A stretch of DNA of 63,981 bases, filler included, from Piptocephalis cylindrospora (Eukaryota): NCBI GenBank assembly GCA_003614145.1. It is 7 parts of 7 records of this genome, joined end to end, with 100 filler letters (N's around TTAATTAATTAA, not from the genome) between each part and the next. Parts side by side here need not be neighbours in the genome. Positions count along the whole stretch, not along the records: positions 28,081 to 37,274 come from KZ988100.1; positions 37,375 to 46,567 come from KZ988101.1; 5 more parts are not named here. One strand, given 5' to 3'. The position numbers and the translations under genes were made by a program. Each line of letters opens with the position of its first letter. Position 1 is the stretch's first letter. The notes beneath the pieces were generated by a model, which worked only from the letters and a program-made list of their open reading frames with translations, did not search any database and was not told the origin of the DNA. This document shows positions 34,879 through 46,667 of this stretch, in pieces.

Positions 34879-36681
34879 TCAATACATCCGAATGCAATTA
34901 TCCCGAGAGGCCGTCCATACCCGGGAAGAAGTTTTTCGGGACCCCAAAACGGTTTCAAGCTCTGATCCTGACCATTCCTCGATAATCCGTACTGTATCGC
35001 CTTCCCCATCGACCATGGATGAAGAGGAGCTAGAGGAGGCGGGAAAGGCAAAAGTCGCCCCATCATGGGTGGTGCACCGAAGGGCAGAAAGAGAGCTCAC
35101 AGTACTGTTAGTCCATGTCACCGAGGTGATTTCGGATCCATTCCTAGTCACTTGCATCACGGGTGTACTACGTTTTCCGTAAATTATGAAGATGGTTCTG
35201 GTCAGATGACAACCCTAAGGATGCACTCCCACTCCTTGCCAAGTAAGGCTTACTCGGGTGATCGAAGATCAAAGGTGTATACGTTTCCAGAAGCAAAGGC
35301 TACGGCACATCCATAACCACCTTCCTCGAGGGCCATAGAAGTTAGGGACTCAGTGTCTCCTGCATTTAGATGGATGACCTAGGATACGAGGAGGGGGAAA
35401 AAAGGGGAGATAAGGGAGCGTAAGTAGCTGATTCCATTTCCTCTCTTATAATAAATAGCCTCTCTCTTTCTCTCTTACCTGATCATGGGTACGGGTGTCC
35501 ATCCCATGTATCTGACCATGCTGTGTCCCAATGGAAAGAAGATTCTGACTACTTTGAGACGATCCATCCTCCTCTCCATAGCGGGTGTTAGATAAGGATA
35601 AGGCCACTACAGGCCCCTCATCCTCAAATGACCAGTGTTGAAGGGACCTAGAGGAAGAGAGCTCCCAAAGTCGTACTGTACCGTCCCTTGAAGACGAGTA
35701 CACAGTCCGTCCACGGTCCACTAGGGCCGTGTCCGTTATCCCTCCAGTGTGGCCTATAAGAGTAACGGGACAGGAACCGTCCAGGGCAGACCAGACACGA
35801 AGACGCATATCCGTCCCACCTGTCAAGAGCACTACATGAAGGGAGAGAGATATATATGTTGAGACCAAGGAATGATAAATGGATCTGCCGTTTCATCTAA
35901 CCTTGTCCTGAGGGGAAGAAGCGACAAAGACTAATATCCGTGGGAATATCTTGGGTCAGATCTAGTCGGCAGACCCCATCCGGTACATGCAGAACCGAAA
36001 GACGCCCGTTGGATCCTCCAATTGCAAGGAGCTCTTCTCCTGGGGATACATCAAACGAGAGGAGTTTCTACGTCGTGTATAAATGGTAGATGATTAGGAA
36101 TATATGGTATAAGGATGCACGTGACTATAATGAACTGACTGTGTCTGAATCGAATACACTATGGGATTGAGTGGGCGTATGAATGAGCACTCCATCAACC
36201 CCGAGGTTAGGGCATGATACACTTAAGGTATGCTAGGGGACGAGCATTCATAAGTTAAGGCAGGTGAATGCAAGATAAATGCATACATCTTTTGTCCCAA
36301 ACGCCCTGCCCACGGAAGAACTTACTGAATTAAGAAGAGAAGCGTCTACTCCAGATTCCCCAGCCATCCTGGGACGCTGCGATCTCTCCTGGGACGTGGA
36401 AGGTGAAGGGGTGACGCGAACGCTTCCATGTACTGATCCACGTTCGCCCAAGTCTACCCTCAGAATATGACATGAGCATTACCCTGGCCATGACATTCCC
36501 CTTAGCCTCCTCTTTACTTACCTCGACGGTAACAAGAGAGCCAAAAAACTTCCTCGGACACCTTGGCCTCCCGAACATCCGTCACCACGTCAGCCCAATC
36601 TGGCTGGATGGTCGCGTAGGCCAGGTACCTTTGGGTCGTACCGTGCCCGTTTGGGGCTGAAGATATAGGGGAAGTTGTCAT
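34879..36681 (-). CDS. RPN14: WD40 proteasome assembly chaperone Rpn14/PAAF1 (multi-exon)
   Basis: ATIQPDW...FWLSCYR N-terminus; FFPSGQ-VLLTGGTDMRLRVWSALDGSCPVTLIGHTGGITDTALVDRGRTVYSSSRDGTVRLWE; C-terminal TASRDNCIRMY. Confidence 0.85.
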
Positions 36682-37038
36682 TGCGCTTTTGGGAGGGCCC
36701 AACAGGCTAGGGGATACTGGGAAAAGAGCGGATCAAGGTGCCCTTGAAAGCTTCATAGAGACACAGTTCAGGACGCGTTTCCTATTTTCATGATGATGAT
36801 CGCCATCTGGCCCTTATGCTCGGCTGCTCACAGCCGCCCTCCTGATCTATCTACTCTGTTCACCGCTGTCAAAAGACAGAGACGCACATGTGGTAAGGGT
36901 GAGTGTGTTCGCTCCTCCTCCGCCTATCTCATTATACACTTGGCTGCGATTTGGATCAGGCGCAGTTTCGCCGTCGTTTACAATTCATCCTTCTCCCTCT
37001 TTCTCTGTCTCTCTCTCTCTCTCCATTAAAAAGCGCTC

Positions 37039-37274
37039 ATGTCCAAACTTGCATCATTTGCTGGGGGGGCCGTGGCCGGAATCCTAGGGATCGCCACCTA
37101 CTACAAGTTCAGCAGTTCGTTCGGCACCTCAGCCCCGACTACCCAGCCTCACGTCCCCCAGAGCTTCGCTGCTACTGTCGCCCCTGGTCAATCGATGAGG
37201 GCTGACCCGAGCCATCTTACATCCTCCACCGCTGCCACCTTCAGCCCCAATAGACCGAGTGACCTTGGACGTAT
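37039..37274 (+). CDS. 5' fragment of an unidentified gene with an N-terminal hydrophobic anchor, truncated at the contig end
   Basis: MSKLASFAGGAVAGILGIATYYKF... is open to the contig end. Confidence 0.5.
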
Positions 37275-37374
37275 NNNNNNNNNNNNNNNNNNNNNNNNNN
37301 NNNNNNNNNNNNNNNNNNTTAATTAATTAANNNNNNNNNNNNNNNNNNNNNNNNNNNNNNNNNNNNNNNNNNNN

Positions 37375-38212
37375 TGCCCCCAAGAAGATTTCCCCCGCTC
37401 CCGCCGCCGCCCAGAAGACCCAGGCTACTCCCGCCAAGGCCAACAACGGCGGTGATGCCCGTCGTGGTGGAGGAGCCCGCCGTGGTGGTGGCCGTCCCGG
37501 TCCCTCGGGAGGTCGCGCCGGCGAGGACCGTGCCCCCGCTGATTACCCCCGGGGCAGCCAGGAGGGTAGCCGTCCCCCCCGTCGCACCGGTGGACCCCGT
37601 GGTGCTCCCCGTGAGGGTGGAGCCCGTGGAGGCCGTGCCCCCCGTCGGGAGTTTGACCGCCACTCTGGAACTGGTCGCGTCCCCAGCGAGAACAAGAAGG
37701 ATGCCGGTTGGGGTAATGCCTCCGACGAGCTCCAGGCTTCCGCCAAGGAGGGTGCCGTCCCCGGAGCCCTGAACACCGATGTCTCCACCACCGAATCCAC
37801 TGCCCCCGCCGTTGTCGAGGAGGAGGAGAAGGTCAAGACCCTGGACGAGTACCTGGCCGAGAAGACCTCTCGTGCTGCCAAGATCACCGCCCTCCCCGAG
37901 GTCCGCAAGGCCGGTGAGGGTACCTCCGGTAAGGGCGACAACAAGTGGAAGGATGCTAAGGCCTACGAGCGTGTTGAGCAGGATTTCTTCACTGGCAAGG
38001 CCACCAAGGCCACCAAGGGCAAGAAGACCCAGAAGCCCAAGGTTCACCTGGACATCCAGCAGCGTTTCGTCGAGGGTGATGACACCCGTCGGTCTTCCCG
38101 GGGCGGTCCCCGGCCCAATGCTCCTCGTGGTGGAAAGGGTCCCTCTGCCGGCGGCCGAAGGGCCGGCGTCAATGTGGATGACTCCCGTGCCTTCCCCGAG
38201 CTTGGTGCTTAA
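37375..38212 (+). CDS. STM1: Stm1/SERBP1 (HABP4_PAI-RBP1) ribosome- and RNA-binding protein, 5'-truncated
   Basis: Frame lacks an ATG, so it is absent from the ORF track. RGG boxes, REFDRHSGTG, GWG, KTLDEYLAE and C-terminal NVDDSRAFPELGA*. Confidence 0.9.
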
Positions 38213-38667
38213 GGATGGGTCATGATGAGGGCAATGAGAGGTCGTGGTGGTGATACTGGTGGGGAGGATTGGATGAGAAGAGGGTGAAGTAGGATTTTTG
38301 GGATGCACAACATGTTTTCCATGATCAAAGGGTGATGGTAGTAGATAGGGCATGGTCCCCATTGGATGTACCCTTTCTTTCTAATTGGATGAGGATGATG
38401 TGTGGATGTATATGTGTACACGTGGCTTTGTTTGGGGGGAGGAAAGCACGATGTGCTTCGATCGATCAATCTGGGCAATCTTCATGATGGATTTATGCAC
38501 TCCCCGGAACCTGTCCATAAAGATAGGGTAGTAAAACTAGTAGTCGTGGCAATGTGAGGTGTATATTAATCGGATCGGGCTAAATGCACTCACATGCCCA
38601 CCCGCCATTCTGGGTCAATGGCCATTTCTATTCAAGAAAATAGTGCCAGATACGCTGAGAGGCGCCT

Positions 38668-39006
38668 TCAAGTACGGAAAGCAGTTGCCATACACTGGGA
38701 GGACTCGCAGCATACCAAGGGATCAAAGGCGCAACTGGTGCCAGTGCCACAGGCCCCGGGAGGGCAGTAGGGTTCACCGACACGGTAGGGGCAGGGGGGT
38801 TGTCCAGCGCAGTTGGGAGCCTTTGGCTTAGTGCCGGACTTTAGGATACACTGGGTCCTGGCATCATTCAGCTGGGCTCCCGAGCCACAGGCCGTCGGGG
38901 GCAGGGTGTTAAGATAGTTGACGGGAATATCCACTAGGTCTTTTGCCAGGGCCAATGGGGTGGCGAAGGCCAGCAGGGTGATGACGAGGGAAACTTGGAG
39001 CTTCAT
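38668..39006 (-). CDS. Small secreted cysteine-rich protein (112 aa, 10 Cys), effector candidate
   Basis: Signal MKLQVSLVITLLAFATPLALA; ten Cys including a CC pair. Confidence 0.8.
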   Translation of the reverse strand: MKLQVSLVITLLAFATPLALAKDLVDIPVNYLNTLPPTACGSGAQLNDARTQCILKSGTKPKAPNCAGQPPCPYRVGEPYCPPGACGTGTSCAFDPLVCCESSQCMATAFRT

Positions 39007-39982
39007 GGTAAAGGGAAGAGGATTAGTAAAAAAAGATTGTGTAGGATTTTAGGGGGGGGAGATAAGTATAGGCAGTACGGTAATGGCTGATCAAGATGAG
39101 GGGGAATGTAGGGATAGGGATGGGAGTAGAAGAGAATGGAGATTCGAAGAGGATGCCCTATTTAACCCTTTGGTAACAAAGGTAGGAAGGCCTTGGAGAA
39201 GGATGATGTAGAGCAAGACTCGTGTGAACGTCCAATAGGGAGGACGCATCCAGTCGGGGATCGGAGATAACACGAGGAGGCAGCGGAGAGGAGCGTGAGA
39301 GAAGACCGAGAGTGACGGGCTGTATGGGCATTGAGACCAAAGTTAGTATGATTGGTTCAAGGCGTTAAGCAAGGAGAGGATCCCGCAAAATCGACCAGGC
39401 ACGAGGATATATCCGACGGGAGAGGAGCAGAGAAGATCTCTTGCCGCTGATAGAGAAATGAAGCATCCTAGAGGAGATCTAGTCAAGTGATATGATCAAT
39501 GGGATAAGGAAGAGGGCCCTGAAGGACAAAGACCATTTATTCGACCTGTCATTAAAGTAAAAGTTATATTATTGTATCTGGTAGCATGTCATACTCGTAC
39601 ATTGATGCTTTCACCTTCCTGTGGCGTAGAGTATGACCTCATCTTTTTATAGCACATAGAATGGTCCCAGCTATGCTACTAGTGTGAAAATACCACTGTC
39701 TAAATATAATTTCAACTCCGAATTTTCTCCCTAATTTCTTCATCATCCTTTTTCCCTATTACTATTGTGCGCCCACTCACACTCACACTCACACTCGTTC
39801 ACGGATTCACCCCCGCCACACTTTACAACCATGAATGGCATGTCAACAAACCTCTAGTACTACTTGGATTCCTCCTCGCTCCCACTGTACCTGGATTCCC
39901 TTGATACCTCAACGGTCCTGGACACGCCCCTTGCTCTTCTCTTCTCTTCTCTCCTGTCCTCTCTTTCCCTCTTCACCTTGCC

Positions 39983-42560
39983 ATGGCTTCTTTACCCCCG
40001 GAAAACGCCCCTAATCAAGCTCTTCCTCTCCCTTCCCTGCCAAAGGGCACCCTGAGCAAGGTCACCCTCCCTGTGGAGAAACCCACGTACGTGTTTCTTG
40101 CTATCTCATTGGGATCATCTCTCTATTCATCTCCCCCTTCTCGTCCTCCTCTCTCCACAGAAACTGCCAGGTTATCCTGCATCATTCCCTCCTCCAGGCC
40201 CTGGTTCGTCGTGCTTTGCTCGATGAAGGCGCCATCGTGACAGGATACCTGGGGGGCCACATGTTTCATGATGGTCAAACCCACTTTTACTCCCTAGATG
40301 CCCTTTTACAGGAACAGTGAGTATTCCTTTTTTTTCCATGCGTATCCCATCCCATCCTATCCCGTCTCACCTCATCCCCTCTCGTTTCATCCCATCCCCC
40401 CCTTCAAGACCTGATTCAGAAAGCCCTCTGAGCAAGCTCCCAACTCAAACCTTGGCCTATTTTACCACAGATCCTCTTCCTCATGGTCCCTCTCCACCCA
40501 CTGCTCTATTGGGGAATATACTGGAAGGGTACCCTTGGATCATCCATCTTAGTCTCCGGATCCCCACACCGGCTTCTCACCTCACTTGCTCCATGTCATT
40601 CACTCGTCCGGGGCAATCCACCCCAATACCCCATGTTCTTGCCAGTGTCCCTTCTACACGAGCCTCGTATGCCTCGGCCCTTCGTGCTCTCCTTCACCGA
40701 GCCCGCCACCTTTCCTCCTCCAAGACTACATTGCCGTACAAGCGCTTTCTGCAGGGACTATTGGCCCGGGAAATCCCCGAGACACTTCGGGAGGTTCAAC
40801 GATTCCGGCATGACTCCGCACTAGAAACTCATACCCGGCATGCCCAGCTGGCCTGTCGTCTGACCCTTCTGACCGCAGCCATCGCCGCCCCTGACACCCC
40901 CTTCCCTGTTCGGGCTACCTTTTCTCGTGGATCCAGTGGGAAAAAGACCGATGTCCAAGGAGAGGGGGAGGAGGACGGGATGAAGGAAGAAAAGGACAAG
41001 ATGATCCCGGAACATGCCTTACCCCATCTCCTTCAGGGGCTTCTGAAACAATCCCTGGCCTCCAGACCCGCCAGTGCCCCTAGATCCTCGCTGGTCGAGG
41101 GGGGTCCAAGATCCAGGTGGGCTTCGAGTGGGGAAGAGGAAGCTGAGTGGATTCTGCGACATCCCACATCCTGTGCCCTTCGTCCCTCCCCCCATCCACC
41201 CAGCGCCCAGGTAAGTGGGGTGCCTCTGTGGGTAGGTGGATCTGGGGGTTCCCAGGGGCTGTCCGGCTCCACAGGCGCCTCCGTTTCTTTGGGCCGTGGG
41301 ACTGGGAGCGGGTCGAGAAGAAGGGGTGGAGCGCAATCTTCCTCTGGATCGACATCTGGGTCGGGCCCTAGCCCTGGGAACACCTCGTATCCCCCCTCAC
41401 TTGGGACAGGAACACCTACCCTTTCCGCCGGTAGGGGTCGCGGAAAGAAGGCGGGAGGAGTAGGTGGAAACCTCACGATCCCCACTCCTTCGACCGCTCC
41501 CTTGGAGGGGCAAACGATGCATGAAGGAGTATATGGTCCTGGGGGATCGAGGAAACGGGGTAGAACCGTAGGATCGGAAGCTCAACCGGACATGACCCTC
41601 TTTGGTCATGGTCCATCTGGACGGACCGTGGTTTATGCATCTCGGGACGCCCCCTCGTCCCGGACCATTCCTTATGCATCGACCGCGGTATCGGGGCCTG
41701 CTTCAACACCCTCATCTCCCTCCATGCCTCATATCACTTCCCATTCAGTCCCTTCCCATGCCATGGGGGGTCAAATGGTCCATGGTAGGGCGGGACAGGC
41801 TCATCCGATGGGTGGACAGGTTCATCCGATGACGGGGCAAATCCATCCTCATCATGCCATGTATGGCCAGACAAGCTACCCCCCTCAGGGTCTCATGCAA
41901 CCCGGAACCCCTGGTTCCCATCCAGCCTACGCTATATACCACCCCTCAACCTCTTCCTCCTCTGCCACTCCAACCTCCACGGCCACGTCTACCTCCTCTC
42001 CGACCTCTACGACTACTACGTCAAGTCACTCTACCTTCCCTCCTCCTCGTCCACCTCCCCCTGCCTCGGCCATGGGCCCTCATCATCCTGGGATGATGCC
42101 TCCTACTATGATTTATGGGGGCCAGGAGTCCTACCATCCAGGGACGGAGCATCCCATGGATGCTCACGCTTCCCCCGTCCCTGATCCTAGTTCTCCGGGA
42201 CCCTCCGGTACCGCGGGTCCTGGGGCACCTCCTATGGCCCATTCCACTTACTCTACGTATCCCTCTACTCATCCCCCTCCCTATCTTTACCATGCTCATT
42301 CTGGATTCACTCCTGGAACCGCCCCTTCCTCCGCCCCAACAACTTCCTCCCAGTCTGTCCCGACCTCCTCCACCTCCTCCCCCTCCCTCTCCTCTACTGT
42401 TACCCCCACACCCATCTCTTCAAGTTCCCTTCCGGGTCTAGGGCCTCGTGGGGGAGAAGAGAAGCCACTTCCGGGTCTAGGACCTCGTGGGGGGGAGGAC
42501 CAGTCTTCTTCACCGTTACCCGGTCTAGGCCATTCGGCCCGTCCTCCACCTCATCACTGA
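39983..42560 (+). CDS. Uncharacterised protein: possible degenerate MPN-like N-terminus and long Pro/Ser/His/Gly low-complexity tail (introns near 40087-40160 and ~40318-40408)
   Basis: Long open frame 40317-42560 plus upstream exons (VILHHSLLQALVRRALLDEGAIVTGYLGG). Terminal LPGLGPRGGE repeats. Confidence 0.6.
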
Positions 42561-42986
42561 TTCTGTGAGGCTAGAGAATAGGATGATAATGCATACCCCA
42601 CCAACCAATCAACCATATTGACAATGTCTGCTGATCTCTGCACATCAAGCTCTATTCATCGTGTGGGACCCTAAAGGACAGTGTGTCCAAGAATAACTTA
42701 CTCGTCTGCTAATCACCATCCATCCTTTTCATCAGCCCTCATTCATCCCCTCAATACATCAGCCACATACAGTGCGGGCGGAGTTGACCTAAAGATTCAG
42801 TGACGATGGAGTCGTGACCAGCCGTGGCCTCATTATACCTGGTCCCCCTCCCTCCCCTGGGGGATCTCAGACATTGGGGATACATCAATGGTAGAAGACA
42901 TAGGGACCTTCTTCCCTGCCATCTTTGCATGACCCATTCCTCTTTATCTATTCTCCATCCCCCTTTCCTCCTCTGCCTCCCTCCTC

Positions 42987-44372
42987 ATGCCCATCCAATT
43001 ACGATCTCTTCCACGCCCTTGGCTCAGTAGGCAACTGGGTCTCCCCCTCACTTGGTCCGAGGTATCCGGCGGTCTGGGAGACCTTGGCACCCTCCTTCCC
43101 ATCCTACTGTCTCTGTCGTTGGCCGGACAGGTATCCTTATCCTCGTCCCTGATATTTGGTGGATTATGGAATGTGCTTACCGGGGTCTACTGGGGTATTC
43201 CTGTATGTGTTCAGCCTATGAAAGGTACGTGTACTGTGTTGTGCATACGCATTGTTTTCTATGCACGAAACGATGCTCAACTCAACTCCCTCATACTATC
43301 AGCTCTAGCCGCGGCGGCCCTGGCCAAGGGATTGTCATCAGAGGAGGTTTCAGGGGCAGGACTGATGGTGGGTGGGATACTGGTGCTTCTGGGGGTATCG
43401 GGACTGGTGGGGCTGGTGGCCAAGTGGAGTCCAAAGTCGGTGGTGCAAGGACTGCAGCTGGGAACGGGCTTGGTTTTGGCGTCCAAGGCGGCGAAGCTCC
43501 TGTCCCCCCTGGGATGGTGGCCTACGAGCGCGACGTTCCACTGGGCAGATAATGCCTGGTGGGCCCTGGCTGCGGGGATCTTCGTAGCCTTCTTTTCCAC
43601 TGCTCCTGGAGGTACCCGAGCATCGCGTGTACCAAGTGCATTGGGTCTTTTCTTGGTCGGATGCGTGTTTGTTGTGATTCGTCTTGCTACGGATACGGAG
43701 GTACCGGAGCCTCGATGGCCGTATCCCCACCCACAGGACTCGATCCCAGCTCCGAGAGCGCCGTCGATGGAAGAGACGACGCACGGATTCCTCGTAGCCG
43801 GAGTAGGCCAATTGCCCCTAACGCTCTTGAACTCGGTGGTTGCATTAGTGGCACTGTCCGGGACATTGTTCCCGCCCGCAAGGGAGAGCGCGTCGTCGGG
43901 GAAGAAGCTGAGTATCCGGGAGGTGACGTGCATGGTCGGGGTGATGAATCTGATCGGGCCGTGGTTCCAGGCGATGCCAACGTGCCATGGATCGGGTGGT
44001 CTGGCGGCGCAGTACCGATTTGGGGCGCGTGCAGGAGGATCGGTAGTGGTGTTAGGATTGGGGAAGATGGTGCTCGGGCTCTTGTTTGGAACAACGCTTC
44101 TCCCGGCCCTCACGCGATTCCCGTCGGGGTTTCTCGGAGTGATGCTCTTTACATCTGGGATGGAGCTTGCCATGGCAGCGATTCCGTGGGAGGAAGAGGA
44201 GATGGATGTTCATTTGGGTTGGACGGTGCGTCTAGCAACGGCGGGTTCACTAATTGCCTTCTCGCATGATGGGATTGGGTATGTGGTGGGCTTAAGTCTG
44301 CATCATGTCCTTTCCCATCAACGTCGGTACGCCATCCCCCTTCCTATACGGTCGCCTCCTGCTTCTCCATGA
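42987..44372 (+). CDS. MOT1-family molybdate transporter (in-frame 78-nt intron 43225-43302)
   Basis: Family motifs SEVSGGLGDLGT, PVCVQPMK, QLPLTLLNSV and MPTCHGSGGLAAQYRFGAR; multiple TM helices. Confidence 0.9.
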   Translation: MPIQLRSLPRPWLSRQLGLPLTWSEVSGGLGDLGTLLPILLSLSLAGQVSLSSSLIFGGLWNVLTGVYWGIPVCVQPMKGTCTVLCIRIVFYARNDAQLNSLILSALAAAALAKGLSSEEVSGAGLMVGGILVLLGVSGLVGLVAKWSPKSVVQGLQLGTGLVLASKAAKLLSPLGWWPTSATFHWADNAWWALAAGIFVAFFSTAPGGTRASRVPSALGLFLVGCVFVVIRLATDTEVPEPRWPYPHPQDSIPAPRAPSMEETTHGFLVAGVGQLPLTLLNSVVALVALSGTLFPPARESASSGKKLSIREVTCMVGVMNLIGPWFQAMPTCHGSGGLAAQYRFGARAGGSVVVLGLGKMVLGLLFGTTLLPALTRFPSGFLGVMLFTSGMELAMAAIPWEEEEMDVHLGWTVRLATAGSLIAFSHDGIGYVVGLSLHHVLSHQRRYAIPLPIRSPPASP

Positions 44373-44588
44373 AGTTGGAAGGGTCCTTTTCCCCCTCCCT
44401 TTGTTATTCTTATCGATTCCATCTTTTCAGTCATTTGCTCTTTATGAACATGTTTACGTGAGCCGACAGCAGAGAGGAGAAAGAGAAAAAAGAAAGAAAA
44501 AAGAAAACCATCCTTGATAAAGGATGCATTACCCGGGGTTTCTGACCTCTGTGTATGGGTATAGGAGGGTGGAGAGATAGAGAGAAAG

Positions 44589-44634
<46 letters not shown>

Positions 44635-44819
44635 GTGTGTATCCACACATGCACCTCGACATCTACCCGCGCCCAAGCCCAAGCCCCGACCCAGACACAT
44701 GCACAAAGAGACAGAGAAACCAGAAAGAACAAAGCGCTAAAACCCTTTAAAACCCAAGCCACCACGACAAACACGATACCTTACCCCCTCTTGACCCGGA
44801 CGATTTGAGGGTCAAAGGA

Positions 44820-46169
44820 TCAAGGACGGGATGGATTGATGGCCCTTCGGATGTTAGAGAGAAGGGAGGAGGAGTTGGCCTCGGCAGCACCCATCTGCAA
44901 GGACCTTTGGGCGCTCCTGACCTTGTACTGATGGATGGCAAGGAGGGCAAAACCGGCTAGGGCCAGGGCGCCGATGCAGGAGCCGATGATGGCGGCCACT
45001 TTGGTGTTGGAGGAGCCGAGGTTGGAGGTGGTCAAATCGGCATCCTTGGGACCATTGCTCCCTCCTCCTGCACCATCTCCTCCTCCCGGGTTACCAAAGG
45101 CCACGGTGGAGGGACCGTTTCCATTGTTGAGTTGAAAATCGGTTCCACCGGAGCCGGACCCGCTCTCTCCTCCTCCTCCACCACCATTTTGAGAGGTGGC
45201 GACAGGATGGCTACCAGACCCGCCTTGAGCGACTTGAGCGGTCAAGGCATCTCCTCTTCGTCCGTTCGAGGTGGCACCCGAGGAGGGGGAGGAGGGGGAT
45301 TTGGAGTTGAATACGGCGTTAGGGTCCGTGGCGGCCAATTCCTGAGCCCTGATGCGATTATCATCGGATGCTGTACGGATGCGTTGATCAGTCTCGGATG
45401 AGGGGGTGCCTGAGGCGGCGGCGGCGGCGGTGGCGGCGGCGGCGGCCTTGGCCTTTCGCTGAGCCTCCAGCTTGGAGACGAGCTGATCCTGGGTCATGGC
45501 GATGGGGGCGTGTTGGATGAAGGTGCAGCGATTGTACTGAAGATCCCATCCGCATTTGGCGCCATTGACAGTATGGGCCTTTTCGCAGGAGGGTTGACTG
45601 TAGTGTTTTTCGCACGTTTTGGGAAATTGCTCATTGTTGGGTAGACACCCGTATAATCCGCCTGGATGACAGCCTTTTGGACAAAGGCCGTCTTTCTGTA
45701 CTTTGCAATTGATGTCTACGGCGATGGGAGGGAGGGAGGGTGAGTGATGGATGGATGGGACGGGGTGTGTGTGTACCACCGAGGATCACTGACCTCGATG
45801 ACAGGAAGAGTCGTAGTAAACACATCGCTTGGAGCCAAATTGCATGCGTTGGCATTGGGTCATGTCGGTGATTTGTGCGCAGTCCGGCGGACATTCAGCT
45901 TGATCATCCAACAAGCCATACCAACCACACTCTCGCTTCCCTGGCGGAGGGGGTGATGGGGGATCGACACCGTATGTAGTGTCCTTGGCTATGGGGGGGA
46001 GAGATGAGTTTGTGGGGGGAGGATGGATGAGAAAGGAGGGGGGGGACTGAGGACAAGACGTACCATCTACGCTGGGAGTTGGGCCAAGGAGAAGGAGGAG
46101 GAGGAGGAGGAAGACATATGCAAAGGAGCCGAGGAGAAGCCTACGGACAAGCATGTTGTCCTTTGGCAT
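44820..46169 (-). CDS. Cys-rich type I single-pass membrane protein (intron 45716-45793)
   Basis: Leu-rich signal, Cys-rich ectodomain with two CGW motifs, Gly/Ser stalk, TM VAAIIGSCIGALALAGFALLAI and a short basic tail. Confidence 0.8.
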
Positions 46170-46667
46170 GATTGGGTCAGAGGAGGTTTGCTGTACGAAG
46201 AGGGAGGAGGAGGGGAGGGAGGATGGGAAGACTTGGGAATAGCCCACTGGGAGTGACAGGAAGGTCTAAGCGTCTCTCACGTTTGACCGGTATGAAGGAT
46301 GGTGATGATGATGATGGCGGTGGTGGTAAGAGGGGCCGGGAGGTACGGATGAGTAAGGCAAGGCAATGCACACCGAGACAAGTATAAAAGGGTCAACTTG
46401 GGTGGATGGTGGGGGAGACTGGGGATGAAGGGGCACTAGGCCTAGGAGGAGTATGTGTCCGTGGGTAGAAAGGGGCTTTTGGGTAAGAGTGTGGATGTGA
46501 CAATGTAGGGTGAACCAAGGAGTGGAGCAGGGTCACCAGTAAAAAGTCAGGGGTGGGATTGGGAGGGNNNNNNNNNNNNNNNNNNNNNNNNNNNNNNNNN
46601 NNNNNNNNNNNTTAATTAATTAANNNNNNNNNNNNNNNNNNNNNNNNNNNNNNNNNNNNNNNNNNNN

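Noticed and set aside
37039..37274. Nuc1/EndoG N-terminus
   Set aside because: Only a generic resemblance; no nuclease motif appears before the contig ends.
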